DNA of 64,000 nucleotides from an uncultured delta proteobacterium (GTDB lineage: Bacteria; Desulfobacterota; Binatia; UBA9968), in contig CAVUZH010000015.1 in NCBI GenBank assembly GCA_963745835.1, forward strand, positions 32,001 through 96,000, given 5' to 3'. The position numbers and the translations under genes are program-made. Positions 49,509-59,395 of this stretch are shown here, one piece after another (positions within the stretch are counted from its first letter, which is position 1; every line of letters begins with the position of its first letter). Below the pieces are notes generated by a model. The model was not told the DNA's origin and did not search any database. It was given only the letters and a program-made list of their open reading frames with translations.

Positions 49509-50321
49509 CTAGTTGCCGATGCGCACGGGATCTACGACATCCCGCAGCGCGCGAATGATCGACAGCACGGTCAATTTTCCGGTTTTCGGATTTTCGCTGG
49601 GAACATTTTCGATGTGCATCAGCATGCGGCCGAACTCGCCTTCGATTTCGATGTCATGACAATTCCGCTTGAGCCCCGGGACGGCAAGGATGCGAATTCG
49701 CGTTCGATCAGGACCAATGCCGGCCAGGCTCACCGCGGCCGAAACGTTCACATTGGCCGGAAATCCTTTGCACGCCTCGCGGGCGGTGCCGGAGAAGACC
49801 TCCGTCTCTTCAGCCAGTCCGTCAAGCGAGATCTGGTTTTGTACAAGATGCGGCGCGCCTGCCAGTCCGCCAGGCGGCTTGCGCGTGGTCATCGTGACAT
49901 GCGTGATCTGCCCCACACAAGCCGATTTGATGCCGTCCAAACCCACGATGGCTCCAGATGGGATATATAAGCGGCAACCGGTGCGCCGGGAGGTTTCGAT
50001 GATCTCCGGATGGTCGAGCAGAGCGCCAACGCTGATCACCATGAGATCCTTGCCCGCTGCAAAGACATCCTTCGCCAATCCAGGCACGACCGGGCCGCCG
50101 GCCGCCTCGACGAGCAAATCGGCAGCGTCGATCAGCTCGGGCAACGACAGGTACGGTGGAGGGCTTTTGAACCTAGAGAGAAACTCAATCGCATGCTGCT
50201 CGCTTCGACTGGTAATCCCCGCGATGCGCACAGGCAAACTGCCGCTTTCCGTGGCCGCAACCAGCGCGCGACCGATGGCGCCGCAACCGACGATTCCAAT
50301 AGTTTTCACGAAACCCTCCAC
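49509..50321 (-). CDS. nadX: L-aspartate dehydrogenase family protein
   Basis: GCGAIG, SVGAL, SGAIVGLD, TRKPP, FPANVNV and NPKTG motifs. Confidence 0.85.
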   Translation of the reverse strand: MEGFVKTIGIVGCGAIGRALVAATESGSLPVRIAGITSRSEQHAIEFLSRFKSPPPYLSLPELIDAADLLVEAAGGPVVPGLAKDVFAAGKDLMVISVGALLDHPEIIETSRRTGCRLYIPSGAIVGLDGIKSACVGQITHVTMTTRKPPGGLAGAPHLVQNQISLDGLAEETEVFSGTAREACKGFPANVNVSAAVSLAGIGPDRTRIRILAVPGLKRNCHDIEIEGEFGRMLMHIENVPSENPKTGKLTVLSIIRALRDVVDPVRIGN

Positions 50322-50430
50322 AATCTCGAGATCAAGAATATTGATGCGAAGGCGGACTCCGCATTCTAGGTGATGTCGCTCATCTGTACTGCGGATCCCG
50401 CGCGGAACACAACCGCCGCTAGATCAGCAA

Positions 50431-50859
50431 TCAACGAGATGGAACCAACCAGTAAAGCATCCAATAGACGATTACGCCGGTGACGGAAACATACATCCAT
50501 ATCGGAAAGGTCCAGCGGGCGATACGACGATGCTTGATGAAATTTTCCTGCAGGCCTCGAAGTAAGGTGATGATCGCCAGCGGCACAACCGCGGTCGCCA
50601 GGATGGTATGCGAAATCAGAATCGTAAAATAGATTGGCCGGATCAAGCCTTGACCTTTGAAAGCCACGGAACCGACATGAAAGTGGTAAACCAGATAGGA
50701 AATCAAAAACAGGGTCGAGGAAGCGCATGCTGCGAGCATGCTGGCGCGGTGCGCTGATTGATTGCCAGCTCTGATAAACCGATAGCCGGTTAACAACAGA
50801 ACGGCGCTGAGTGAATTTAGCGCCGCGTTAAGCGCCGGCAAGGAAGTGATTTCAATCAA
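50431..50859 (-). CDS. DUF420 family membrane protein
   Basis: LPALNAALN, ILISHTILA and W.YVSVTG; lies in the oxidase operon. Confidence 0.9.
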   Translation of the reverse strand: MIEITSLPALNAALNSLSAVLLLTGYRFIRAGNQSAHRASMLAACASSTLFLISYLVYHFHVGSVAFKGQGLIRPIYFTILISHTILATAVVPLAIITLLRGLQENFIKHRRIARWTFPIWMYVSVTGVIVYWMLYWLVPSR

Positions 50860-51134
50860 GCGGGACGGATATCGGGCAGCAGCATCAAAATCAAGAACAG
50901 ACAGAGGACAAACGGCACAATCGCGATCATTGCCAGAGTTTTTCGCTCAAACTTCAGATGCATGAAATACATCGCCACCAGCGCGGCTTTCCAGACCGCC
51001 AGGATCACGAGCAGAGAACCCAGCAACATTTTCGGCAGTCCTAAAAAGGTAAGCCCTACCTCCACCACCGTGAGCACCAGAAGCACCCAAAAAATTCCCA
51101 TGTAATTTGGATGGGTATGAGTTGTCGTAGCCAT
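50856..51134 (-). CDS. Cytochrome c oxidase subunit IV family protein
   Basis: LTVVEV and KAALVAMYFMHLKFE. Confidence 0.9.
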   Translation of the reverse strand: MATTTHTHPNYMGIFWVLLVLTVVEVGLTFLGLPKMLLGSLLVILAVWKAALVAMYFMHLKFERKTLAMIAIVPFVLCLFLILMLLPDIRPA

Positions 51135-51151
51135 GTCGTTCCCCTAAGAAC

Positions 51152-51760
51152 CTACAGTAAGTAAACAAACGTAAAGATCAGAATCCACACCAGGTCGACG
51201 AAATGCCAATAGAGACCGGCAATCTCGACGTGATTGGCGCCCCATCGGCCCTTGCTGACCAATGTCAGCACCACTGTGTTGTAGATGACACCACCGGTTA
51301 CATGCAGACCGTGGAATCCGGTCAGAACGAAGAATGTCGTGGCAAATAGATGACTCGAGAACGAAAGCTTATGGTGGGGCAGTGTCTCATGTATCAAGTG
51401 CGTCCACTCGTAGGCCTGACAGCCGAGAAAGAGCGCGCCGCCGAGAATAGTAAACGCCATAAACTTCTTGAACCTGGCCTTGTCGCCTGACTGGACCGCG
51501 GCCAATGCCAAAACCATCGTCACACTGCTGATAATCAGCAACAAAGTCATCAGGGCGGTCAAATTAATCCCCAGGACTTCCGAGGGCGGCGGCCAACTGG
51601 AACTCGAATAACGGAGGATCCCGTAGCCGACGATCAATCCACCGAAAGACATCGCATCACCGGCGAGAAAATTCCACATGCCGAGTTTGCCCCAGCTGTC
51701 GGGAGTCAAAGGCGACTCGGCTGGTTCAACTCCGGGATGCGCCGCAGCAGCTTCACTCAT
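51152..51760 (-). CDS. ctaE: Cytochrome c oxidase subunit III (second part)
   Basis: GKLGMW, TGFHGLHV and GLYWHFVDLVW motifs. Confidence 0.9.
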   Translation of the reverse strand: MSEAAAAHPGVEPAESPLTPDSWGKLGMWNFLAGDAMSFGGLIVGYGILRYSSSSWPPPSEVLGINLTALMTLLLIISSVTMVLALAAVQSGDKARFKKFMAFTILGGALFLGCQAYEWTHLIHETLPHHKLSFSSHLFATTFFVLTGFHGLHVTGGVIYNTVVLTLVSKGRWGANHVEIAGLYWHFVDLVWILIFTFVYLL

Positions 51761-52038
51761 CTTGTTGCACTCTCCTTCTGAATCGTTGCTAAAGGCATTG
51801 CCGGCTCGCCATCCGGTTCCGTTTTAACGTCCGCGGCCTTGCCCCGCTTGACATAAATCAGGCAACTGACAATCCCGCCGACAACGGCATAGGGTGTCGC
51901 CATCAAGAACAACACGCTCATGTTGAACGCTTCCGTGACCGAGTCATCACCTGCGCCGGTCAGGCAAACCGCGCAAGCATGCGCCAGGGTCGGCGCCAAA
52001 AGCGCCAGACAAGCAAGCGGCAGAATCCTTTTCATCAA
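51757..52038 (-). CDS. Small membrane protein with CxxC after the signal peptide
   Basis: AHACAVC followed by one TM helix; lies within the oxidase operon. Confidence 0.75.
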   Translation of the reverse strand: MMKRILPLACLALLAPTLAHACAVCLTGAGDDSVTEAFNMSVLFLMATPYAVVGGIVSCLIYVKRGKAADVKTEPDGEPAMPLATIQKESATR

Positions 52039-52101
52039 TGCAGTCATCGTTAGATAACGAGCCGAAGCTAACGGATCATCTTTTCGCTGTCAACAAAACC
52101 C

Positions 52102-52764
52102 TCAATACAGGTAAACCAATCCATAAAGAATCGGCCACAGGGCGACAACAAACGTCCAATACATGGCACAGACTTGCACGCCGGTGTGCTTTTGTCGTGA
52201 GAAGTAACCCCGGTTTGCTCGCACAAACACCAAAGTCAACCAGGCCAGCGCGCCGGCCACATGGAATGCGTGAAATCCGATCAAAGTATAAAATAGCCCG
52301 CCGTAAATACTGCTCGAAACCGTCAGCCCGAAGTGAATCAGCCGAGCCCACTCGTACCCTTGGATCAGCAGGAACACACCGCCGAGCGCGGCAGTCGTCG
52401 CCAACATACGTTTTAGACGGCGCATCGCTCCGGCACGAACCGAGCGGAGTGCCATATGCATGGTCACCGCGCTGGCAAGCAAAACAATTGTATTCACACC
52501 GGTGATACCGACCGGCAATCTGGGTTGAAACGGTGGCGGCCATATCGAACTGCCGATTCGAAAAACGATGAACGCGCCTATGAGCCCGGCAAAGAACATC
52601 GCCTCAGCGCCAAGAAACATGACGGTTGCGAGCCAAGCATTACTAGCAATTGGCGCATTGGGTTGCACCGGAGGCGCCGGCGGATCACCGCCGCCAAACT
52701 CGAGCCGGGTCGCTGGAGTAATCGGCGCTTCCTCGAGTCGTCGTGCCGTCGAAGTTCGTGCCAT
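52102..52764 (-). CDS. Cytochrome c oxidase subunit III family protein
   Basis: EAMFFAGL, GFHAFHV and YWTFV motifs. Confidence 0.9.
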   Translation of the reverse strand: MARTSTARRLEEAPITPATRLEFGGGDPPAPPVQPNAPIASNAWLATVMFLGAEAMFFAGLIGAFIVFRIGSSIWPPPFQPRLPVGITGVNTIVLLASAVTMHMALRSVRAGAMRRLKRMLATTAALGGVFLLIQGYEWARLIHFGLTVSSSIYGGLFYTLIGFHAFHVAGALAWLTLVFVRANRGYFSRQKHTGVQVCAMYWTFVVALWPILYGLVYLY

Positions 52765-52830
52765 AATCGTCGCGAATAAAGACTACGAAATGCTCCCGCT
52801 CGTCAATCAGCTCTCGCCGATCCGGTTTTC

Positions 52831-52950
52831 TCAATATGCAATGATGAAGGCGATAACCGCGCCGATATAGAGCACCAGAGCTATCGCTAACAAAGATCCA
52901 AGACGCCGATTCTTTCCCCGATTTTCTCTTATTGAAAAAATACTGTTCAT
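52831..52950 (-). CDS. 39-aa single-TM peptide (below the ORF-track cutoff)
   Basis: MNSIFSIRENRGKNRRLGSLLAIALVLYIGAVIAFIIAY*, starting 8 nt after the ctaB stop. Confidence 0.7.
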   Translation of the reverse strand: MNSIFSIRENRGKNRRLGSLLAIALVLYIGAVIAFIIAY

Positions 52951-52958
52951 CGTCTTAC

Positions 52959-53873
52959 TCATGACGGCACCCGGTCCAAGGCCATCATTAACAACAGCAC
53001 CGGCAGATAAATCAATGAAGCGTATAATAGCCGGCGAGCGCCAATCAAGGTCGATTCCATTGCCAAGCGGAGCCCACTGACGAGAAATCCAACGCCAAGA
53101 ACGAACGCGACTACAAAATAAATTGCACCCGCTAAGCCTAGAAGGGTCGGCAACAGACTGACGGCGAGCAAAGCCGCGCAGTGAGAAACGATCTGGCGAT
53201 TGGTGCTGGAGCTTCCAGGCTCAATGACCGGTAGAAATTGAATTCCTGCTTTCGCATAATCGTCACGGTACAACCAGGCGATCGCTAGTGTATGCGGCAC
53301 CTGCCAGAGAAATAGAATGGCAAACAAGACCCAGGCATCGACATCCAAGATGCCTCGGGCGGCTACGCAGCCGATCACCGGGGGCAGGGCGCCGGGGATT
53401 GCGCCGATGATCAAGCACAACGGGCTCTTTCGCTTCATCGGCGTATAAAAGAGTAAGTAAGTCACCGTGATCAGCGCGGTAATTGCGGCACTGATGGCAT
53501 TCACCGCTACAGCGAGATAGGCAAGCCCGGCGATAGTCACCGCCAAGCCAAACCAAAAAGCTTCTACCGGCGTGACCCGTCCGTCCGGGATTGGCCGGTG
53601 GCGCGTCCGCGTCATCAGAGCATCGCTTCGACGCTCGATAAACTGGTTCAGCGCCAATGTACCGCCGGCAGCCAGCGCGGTGCCGAGAAGCATTTTAAGT
53701 AGCCGAGAATAATCCGGCACATCGGAAGAGCCGACGTAAAAACCGACAAATGCCGTAATCAGCACCATGAGCACAACCCTCGGCTTGGCAAGCTCGCAAA
53801 AATCCGCTACCCGGCGAATCACACGCGCCGTCGGCAAGTCGAGGGTTTGAGTGTTCGAGTTCATACTGAGCAT
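52959..53873 (-). CDS. ctaB: Protoheme IX farnesyltransferase (heme O synthase)
   Basis: KPRV, DALMTRTRHRP, YTPMKR and WQVPH motifs. Confidence 0.95.
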   Translation of the reverse strand: MLSMNSNTQTLDLPTARVIRRVADFCELAKPRVVLMVLITAFVGFYVGSSDVPDYSRLLKMLLGTALAAGGTLALNQFIERRSDALMTRTRHRPIPDGRVTPVEAFWFGLAVTIAGLAYLAVAVNAISAAITALITVTYLLFYTPMKRKSPLCLIIGAIPGALPPVIGCVAARGILDVDAWVLFAILFLWQVPHTLAIAWLYRDDYAKAGIQFLPVIEPGSSSTNRQIVSHCAALLAVSLLPTLLGLAGAIYFVVAFVLGVGFLVSGLRLAMESTLIGARRLLYASLIYLPVLLLMMALDRVPS

Positions 53874-54805
53874 TGCTCCGTAAAAACTTCTTGCCCTGCG
53901 GCAGTTGCCACGGTTGGGTAACGATAAGATCGCAATGTCAGTATCAGACTTGTCACGAGCATAAGAGCGCCTGCCGCCAGATGCGTCGTGGTAAGAAACA
54001 CCGTCGCATCAATGGGTATTCTTAGTATGGTGGTAAATTTCGCGAGATACGAGACCGTCCCCAAGAATAGCTGCAGCAACAACATTGCACTGAGAAACAG
54101 CGCCGGACGAGTAAGCCGACGATGATCACCGTGGTCTTTGAAAATCCTGGCGGTGAGAAGGATGACGTGCAACGTTACCAGGGCGGCAAAAAACAAATGG
54201 GCATCGAGCCGCTCCCCGGTATGCCGCAGCACCGCGCCAAACAACACTTGCAGGTAGATGAGTCCGGTTGTCACGGCGGCAAGACGGCGCAAACGTCCAT
54301 AAGCGGCAAGCGGCGGTTCGGCGATCCTCTCGCGCCACTCTGGAGAGGTAAACAGAGCCAGGCTTACCGTAAGCGCAAAGAACGCTTGGGCCAATGAGGC
54401 GTGAACAATCGCCAGGGATTGTTCTAATAAGGTCACCCGTAAACCGCCGAGCACGCCTTGTACGACGACCAGCGCGAGCGCGATCACTCCCAGCCAACGC
54501 AACCATTTGCGGCGCTCCTGTAACCATAGCGACAAGGCTAAGGCAATGGTCAGGAATCCCACGGCTGAGGCAACCAGGCGGTGGCTATGCTCATAGAAGA
54601 TGTTGCCGACCATCTTCGACCAGGGATAAAGAAACATGTTGTAGCCAAAGGTGGTGGGCCAATCAGGGACCGCCAACCCTGCGCCCTTGCTGGTAACGAG
54701 GCCGCCGATAAACAATAACGGAAATGTCGCGCAAGCCGTGATCACCGCCAGCCGATGGGGCCACACCGAAACCAGTGACCCGTTGCCTGCCCGTTCAGCT
54801 TTCAT
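53861..54805 (-). CDS. ctaA: Heme A synthase (COX15/CtaA family)
   Basis: GLAVPDWP, EHSHR, QGVLGG and conserved His residues. Confidence 0.9.
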   Translation of the reverse strand: MKAERAGNGSLVSVWPHRLAVITACATFPLLFIGGLVTSKGAGLAVPDWPTTFGYNMFLYPWSKMVGNIFYEHSHRLVASAVGFLTIALALSLWLQERRKWLRWLGVIALALVVVQGVLGGLRVTLLEQSLAIVHASLAQAFFALTVSLALFTSPEWRERIAEPPLAAYGRLRRLAAVTTGLIYLQVLFGAVLRHTGERLDAHLFFAALVTLHVILLTARIFKDHGDHRRLTRPALFLSAMLLLQLFLGTVSYLAKFTTILRIPIDATVFLTTTHLAAGALMLVTSLILTLRSYRYPTVATAAGQEVFTEQCSV

Positions 54806-54816
54806 CGTTCGTTTTC

Positions 54817-56568
54817 TCAATGCGCCCGAGCGGCCGTTTTGACAAGCGGCTTGTCCTGCGGCAGCCAATCCTCTTGGACCTCGGGCGAGCTATACTCGTA
54901 GGGGCCGCGGTAAACCGTCGGTTGAACCTCGAAATTGCCGTGCGGCGGCGGTGTCGGCGCAGACCACTCCAGGGTGTTGGCTTGCCAAGGGTTACGCTCG
55001 GCTTTCTTTCCGGCAAAAAGACTCCAGAAGAAATTGATCAAGAACGGCAGCTGAGAAAGCCCCAACAGCAAGGCGTTGATGGTAATGAAAACATTCCAGT
55101 CCTGTAGCGGCTGGAGAAATTCATACTGCGTCGGATTATAAATGCGCCGCATATGCCCGCCGACACCGAGAAAATGCATCGGAAAGAAAGTTAAATTGAA
55201 GAAGATATAGGTCAGGACAAAATGAATTTTTCCCAGAGGCTCGCTCATCATCCGGCTGAACATTTTGGGAAACCAGTAATAGACTGCGGCAAACAGCGCG
55301 AAAATGATGCCCGCGACCACGTAGTGAAAGTGAGCAACGATGTAATAGGTGTCATGAATAAAGATATCGACCGGGGTCGAGGCCATGAAGATGCCGCTCA
55401 AACCGCCAATCAGGAAGTTTGAAACAAAACCCAGGGCAAACAGCATCGGTGAAGTAAGCCGAATACTTCCACCCCAAAGAGTTCCGAGCCAATTAAACAC
55501 TTTGATCGCCGATGGAACCGCGATCACCATCGTCGTCATCATGAAGGCGGTGCCGAGCAGCGGGTTCATGCCGCTGATAAACATATGATGGCCCCAGACA
55601 ACCCACGAGAGGAAGGCGATCGCGATCATGGAGAAGGCCATCGCATGATAGCCAAAGATTGGCTTGCGCGAAAAAGTCGAAAGCAAATCGGAAGTCACTC
55701 CCATGGCGGGAAGAACCAGAATGTAGACCTCCGGATGGCCGAAAAACCAGAACATATGCTGCCAGAGAAGCGGTTGCCCGCCGCCAGCAGGAAGAAAGAA
55801 GCTCGTACCAAGGGTCCGATCAAACAGCAGCATGGCCAATGCAGCGGTCAATACCGGCAAAGCCAACAAAAGCAGGATGGCCGTGACAAAAAGCGACCAA
55901 ACGGTTAGAGGCATGCGGAAGTAGGTCATCCCCGGCGCCCGCATGTTGACGATGGTCGTGATGTAATTGATCGAGCCCATCAGAGACGAGATGCCGAGCA
56001 CGAGCAAACTGATAATCCAGAGATCCTGGCCTAGATCCACGCCCGTGTATGCGGCCCTCGCTGAAAGAGTTGCATAACCGGTCCATCCGGCCGCGGCCGG
56101 CCCGCCCGGTACCAAAAAACTCGCTAGCATGATCACACCAGCGACCGCGCCGACCCAGAACGAAAGCATGTTCAAGAGCGGAAAAGCCATATCCCGCGTG
56201 CCGATCATCAATGGAATAAGGAAGTTGCCGTAGCAGCCGACCATGATCGGCATGACCACGAAGAAGATCATGATGGTCGCGTGCATGGTAAAGAGCGCAT
56301 TGTAGGTCTGCGGCGGAATGATGCCTTCGTACATATAAGGCTCAGGAATAGCGCTCAACCCGGGAACGGCGGTTTCCGGCCACGCCAATTGCCAGCGCAT
56401 CATCATCGCCAGCAATCCACCGATGATCAACATCAATAAGCCCATAAACAAAAACTGGCGGCCGATCATCTTGTGATCCGTAGAAAAGATGTAGGTGCGC
56501 CAAAAGCCAAGCTCTTCATGATGCGCGTGCGCTACGTGCGCGGCGCCGGCCGCTACTGTCTGACTCAT
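54817..56568 (-). CDS. ctaD: Cytochrome c oxidase subunit I (type A1)
   Basis: TDHK, HATIM, FWFFGHPEVY, WGHHM and VAHFH motifs. Confidence 0.97.
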   Translation of the reverse strand: MSQTVAAGAAHVAHAHHEELGFWRTYIFSTDHKMIGRQFLFMGLLMLIIGGLLAMMMRWQLAWPETAVPGLSAIPEPYMYEGIIPPQTYNALFTMHATIMIFFVVMPIMVGCYGNFLIPLMIGTRDMAFPLLNMLSFWVGAVAGVIMLASFLVPGGPAAAGWTGYATLSARAAYTGVDLGQDLWIISLLVLGISSLMGSINYITTIVNMRAPGMTYFRMPLTVWSLFVTAILLLLALPVLTAALAMLLFDRTLGTSFFLPAGGGQPLLWQHMFWFFGHPEVYILVLPAMGVTSDLLSTFSRKPIFGYHAMAFSMIAIAFLSWVVWGHHMFISGMNPLLGTAFMMTTMVIAVPSAIKVFNWLGTLWGGSIRLTSPMLFALGFVSNFLIGGLSGIFMASTPVDIFIHDTYYIVAHFHYVVAGIIFALFAAVYYWFPKMFSRMMSEPLGKIHFVLTYIFFNLTFFPMHFLGVGGHMRRIYNPTQYEFLQPLQDWNVFITINALLLGLSQLPFLINFFWSLFAGKKAERNPWQANTLEWSAPTPPPHGNFEVQPTVYRGPYEYSSPEVQEDWLPQDKPLVKTAARAH

Positions 56569-56625
56569 CGTGTTATAATCCTCCGTGAATCTGCTTCGGA
56601 TGAATCCGATCTAGAATGGAAGTGT

Positions 56626-57300
56626 TTACTGCTGCTTGGCGGCCAAATTTTCTGCCGCCCATTTGGCGTAATCTTCGGCGCTGTGGACGTGCAGCCACCC
56701 CTTCATACCGGAGTGGCCGAAGCCGCACAATTCTGCGCAAGGGAGTTCATACCTTCCGGGTTTAGTCGCTTCGAACCAACCCGTCACTGTGCGTCCCGGA
56801 ACCATATCTTGCTTGAACCGAAGGTTGGGAATGAAAAAGCTGTGAATCACATCTTCGGATCCGAGATGGACGTGGACGACCTTATTGACCGGCACATGAA
56901 CATCGTTGTCGAATTTGATGTCATCCTCGGTGCCGAGTTTGCCGTCGGCGCCCGGGTAAGCAATGCCCCAGTTAAACTGTTTGGCGGTAACTTGGATGGC
57001 GAAATCACTGGGCGGCACCGTATTTTTCAACTTTGCCCAGGTGTTCACACTCATGAACGAAAGAACGATCAGTATAGCGGCTGGAATAATCGTCCAAATG
57101 ATCTCAAGCGTCGTGTTGCCGTGACTATAGGTTGCGCGCCGGCCGGGCCGTTCGCGGTACATCACTAAGAACAAGACCATTAACACCGTGACTAGGATAA
57201 AAGTGGCGGCCGTGATGTAATAGATAAGAAAAAATAACGAGTCTATTTCGTGACCATAGGTCGATACATCTTCTGGCAACCAGCGCATCATCTCTAGCAA
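56626..57300 (-). CDS. ctaC: Cytochrome c oxidase subunit II (CuA)
   Basis: LEIIWT, DVIHSF and CAELCGFGHSGM motifs. Confidence 0.95.
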   Translation of the reverse strand: MLEMMRWLPEDVSTYGHEIDSLFFLIYYITAATFILVTVLMVLFLVMYRERPGRRATYSHGNTTLEIIWTIIPAAILIVLSFMSVNTWAKLKNTVPPSDFAIQVTAKQFNWGIAYPGADGKLGTEDDIKFDNDVHVPVNKVVHVHLGSEDVIHSFFIPNLRFKQDMVPGRTVTGWFEATKPGRYELPCAELCGFGHSGMKGWLHVHSAEDYAKWAAENLAAKQQ

Positions 57301-57678
57301 TCCATCCTTGTGTTTGGGGCAATGGGCAGAAAAACTTCAATTTAGCTAACATAGGCACCTGGCCATTTCAAGGGGAAAGCCGCCCCACATCGCGACGCCA
57401 ATGCCACTTTGCCGCGCTTGCTTTTGCTCCAATCCATGTCAGCTCACGCAGATCTCCGAGGCTAAGCAAATCAAGATGATCAGACGGCAATGGATTGCCT
57501 AGAAAAAATTTTAGAGCCGCAAACGGATTGGGTCACCGTTCATCGGTAGTATCGGTGTTCGGTATTGCCATTGGAGCGACGCTGGCATAAAGCGTGAGTT
57601 GAGTTCAATGAATGCTTCGATACCGCCGAGGCATTGTCTCGTCGCGAAATAGATCGTCACTAGCAGGAGAGCTTCACA

Positions 57679-59357
57679 ATGAATCAAAGTGAAACATTGA
57701 GTCGGTTGCATCCGCCAACGGAAAAGTTAGCGCTTTGAACCCGATGGGGTACCCGCCAATCATCGAACAACTGGGTATGGCGCCGCGGTTTGAGAGTCTA
57801 AACGACAAAACGATTTATTTGGTCGATGTTCATTTCGTCGATGGCGACAAACTGCTGCAACAGATGCAAGCTTGGTTCGCCGAACACTTGCCCAAAGCAA
57901 GAACGATCTTGGCGAGCAAAGCGGGTGTTTACACGGAAGATGATCCAAAGCTCTTTAGCGAAATCCGCGAGCACGATGCTGCCGCCGTTATGGCGGTCGG
58001 GCATTGAAGCACGTGCGCGCCGGCGGTCGCCGTGCATTGTATTACTCTGGAAAGCCAGTATGGCGTGCCGACGGTGGGTGTCCACGCCAAACCTTTCGCT
58101 TCGGTCGTAAGATCCGTCGCTTATACCAAAGGAATGCCGCATCAGAGGTTCGCCTTTGTCCCGATGCCTGTGATGGGCAAAACCTCTGCCGAACTGAAAG
58201 CCTATATCGACGGCATCGATCCGGTAACCGGCAAACCCTTAATGGAGGAAATCGTTGAGGCGCTGACAAGGCCGCTGAGCGATCAGGAGAAGCAGAAGAT
58301 CAAGATCGATCGGTCAACGCCGAGGCTGATTGATCCCGACAACGAGAGTAATCTGCAGCGTTTGTTCTTGGATAACGGTTGGACCGACCATTTGCCAATC
58401 GTCGTCCCGACCGAAGAGACGGTGGCAGCGATGCTGTCTGGCACCCGCCGCAAAGCGGATGAGGTGGTGGGCACGATGCGCCCGACACGCACCCGGGAGG
58501 GATGGCAGTTCACCGTGGAGAAGGTTGCGGTGAACGCGGTCATGGCCGGCGCTAAACCTGAATACCTCCCAGTCATCCTGGCGCTTGCGGCCTCAGAAGT
58601 CACGGCCCGACCGAGCACCACCACTTCCGGCGCCACCATGGCAGTAGTAAATGGACCGATCCGGCATCAGATCGGCATGAACTGGGGAATTGGCGCGATG
58701 GGACCTTACAACCACGCGAACGCCACCATCGGTAGGGCTTTCGGACTGCTGTCGCAGAATCTGCAAGGCGGCTCCGTGCCGGGCGAAACCTACATGGGTT
58801 CCCAAGGGAACAACTATGCGTATAACAGCATCACCTACGCGGAAAATGAGGAAAGAAGTCCCTGGACGCCGCTCCACGTCCAGCATGGCTTTAATACCAG
58901 CGACAGCGTTGTCAGCCTATTTAGGCATTGTCGCACGACGTCGTTCCAGATGGGACTTCGAGAAAAACATTGGCGCAACCATGTTCAGTATCTGCTTCGA
59001 GGTCTAAACCCACACACACCGCCCACTCTCATACTCGATCCGATCGTGGCGCGGCAATTTATTGATAGGGGCGGCTTCGATACCAAAGATAAATTGATTC
59101 AATGGATCTACGAGCACGCCACTATACCGGCCGGCATTTATTGGGATGATCAACTTATTCAAAACTACATTCACCCAAGGGCCGTCAAGGGCGAGGAGCC
59201 CTACGCCACCAAGCTCAAAGCGGCTGCCGATGAACTCGTACCGATGTTTCGCTTAGACGAAATAGAGGTGGTGGTCGGCGGCGGCGAAACCAACGGCTAC
59301 TGGCGAGTGATGGGTTGCAACTACGACAAGAGCGTCTCTATCGACGCATGGAGATAG
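57679..59357 (+). CDS. Probable selenoprotein (UxxC; UGSC-family-like) of unknown function; TGA 58005-58007 recoded
   Basis: ORFs 57735-58007 and 58032-59357 share a frame and read VMAVGH*STCAPAVAVHC, with a hairpin after the TGA. The RBS (AGGAG)-ATG at 57679 needs one extra base near 57734 to join; otherwise the start is 57735 or 57744. Confidence 0.85.
58014..58036 (+). promoter_or_regulatory. Candidate bacterial SECIS element
   Basis: TGCG-cgc-CGGC[GGTC]GCCG-TGCA; the G-containing loop begins 18 nt after the UGA. Confidence 0.65.
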
Positions 59358-59395
59358 CCCGGATCGATCACGATCACATTCACGATTGCGCAACC

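Noticed and set aside
57582-57598. Sigma-54 promoter for the selenoprotein (CTGGCATAAAGCGTGA)
   Set aside because: The -12 dinucleotide is GA, not GC.
57736-57738. TGA after the ATG at 57679 as a second Sec codon
   Set aside because: It is out of frame with the downstream protein; a missing T in a T run explains it better.
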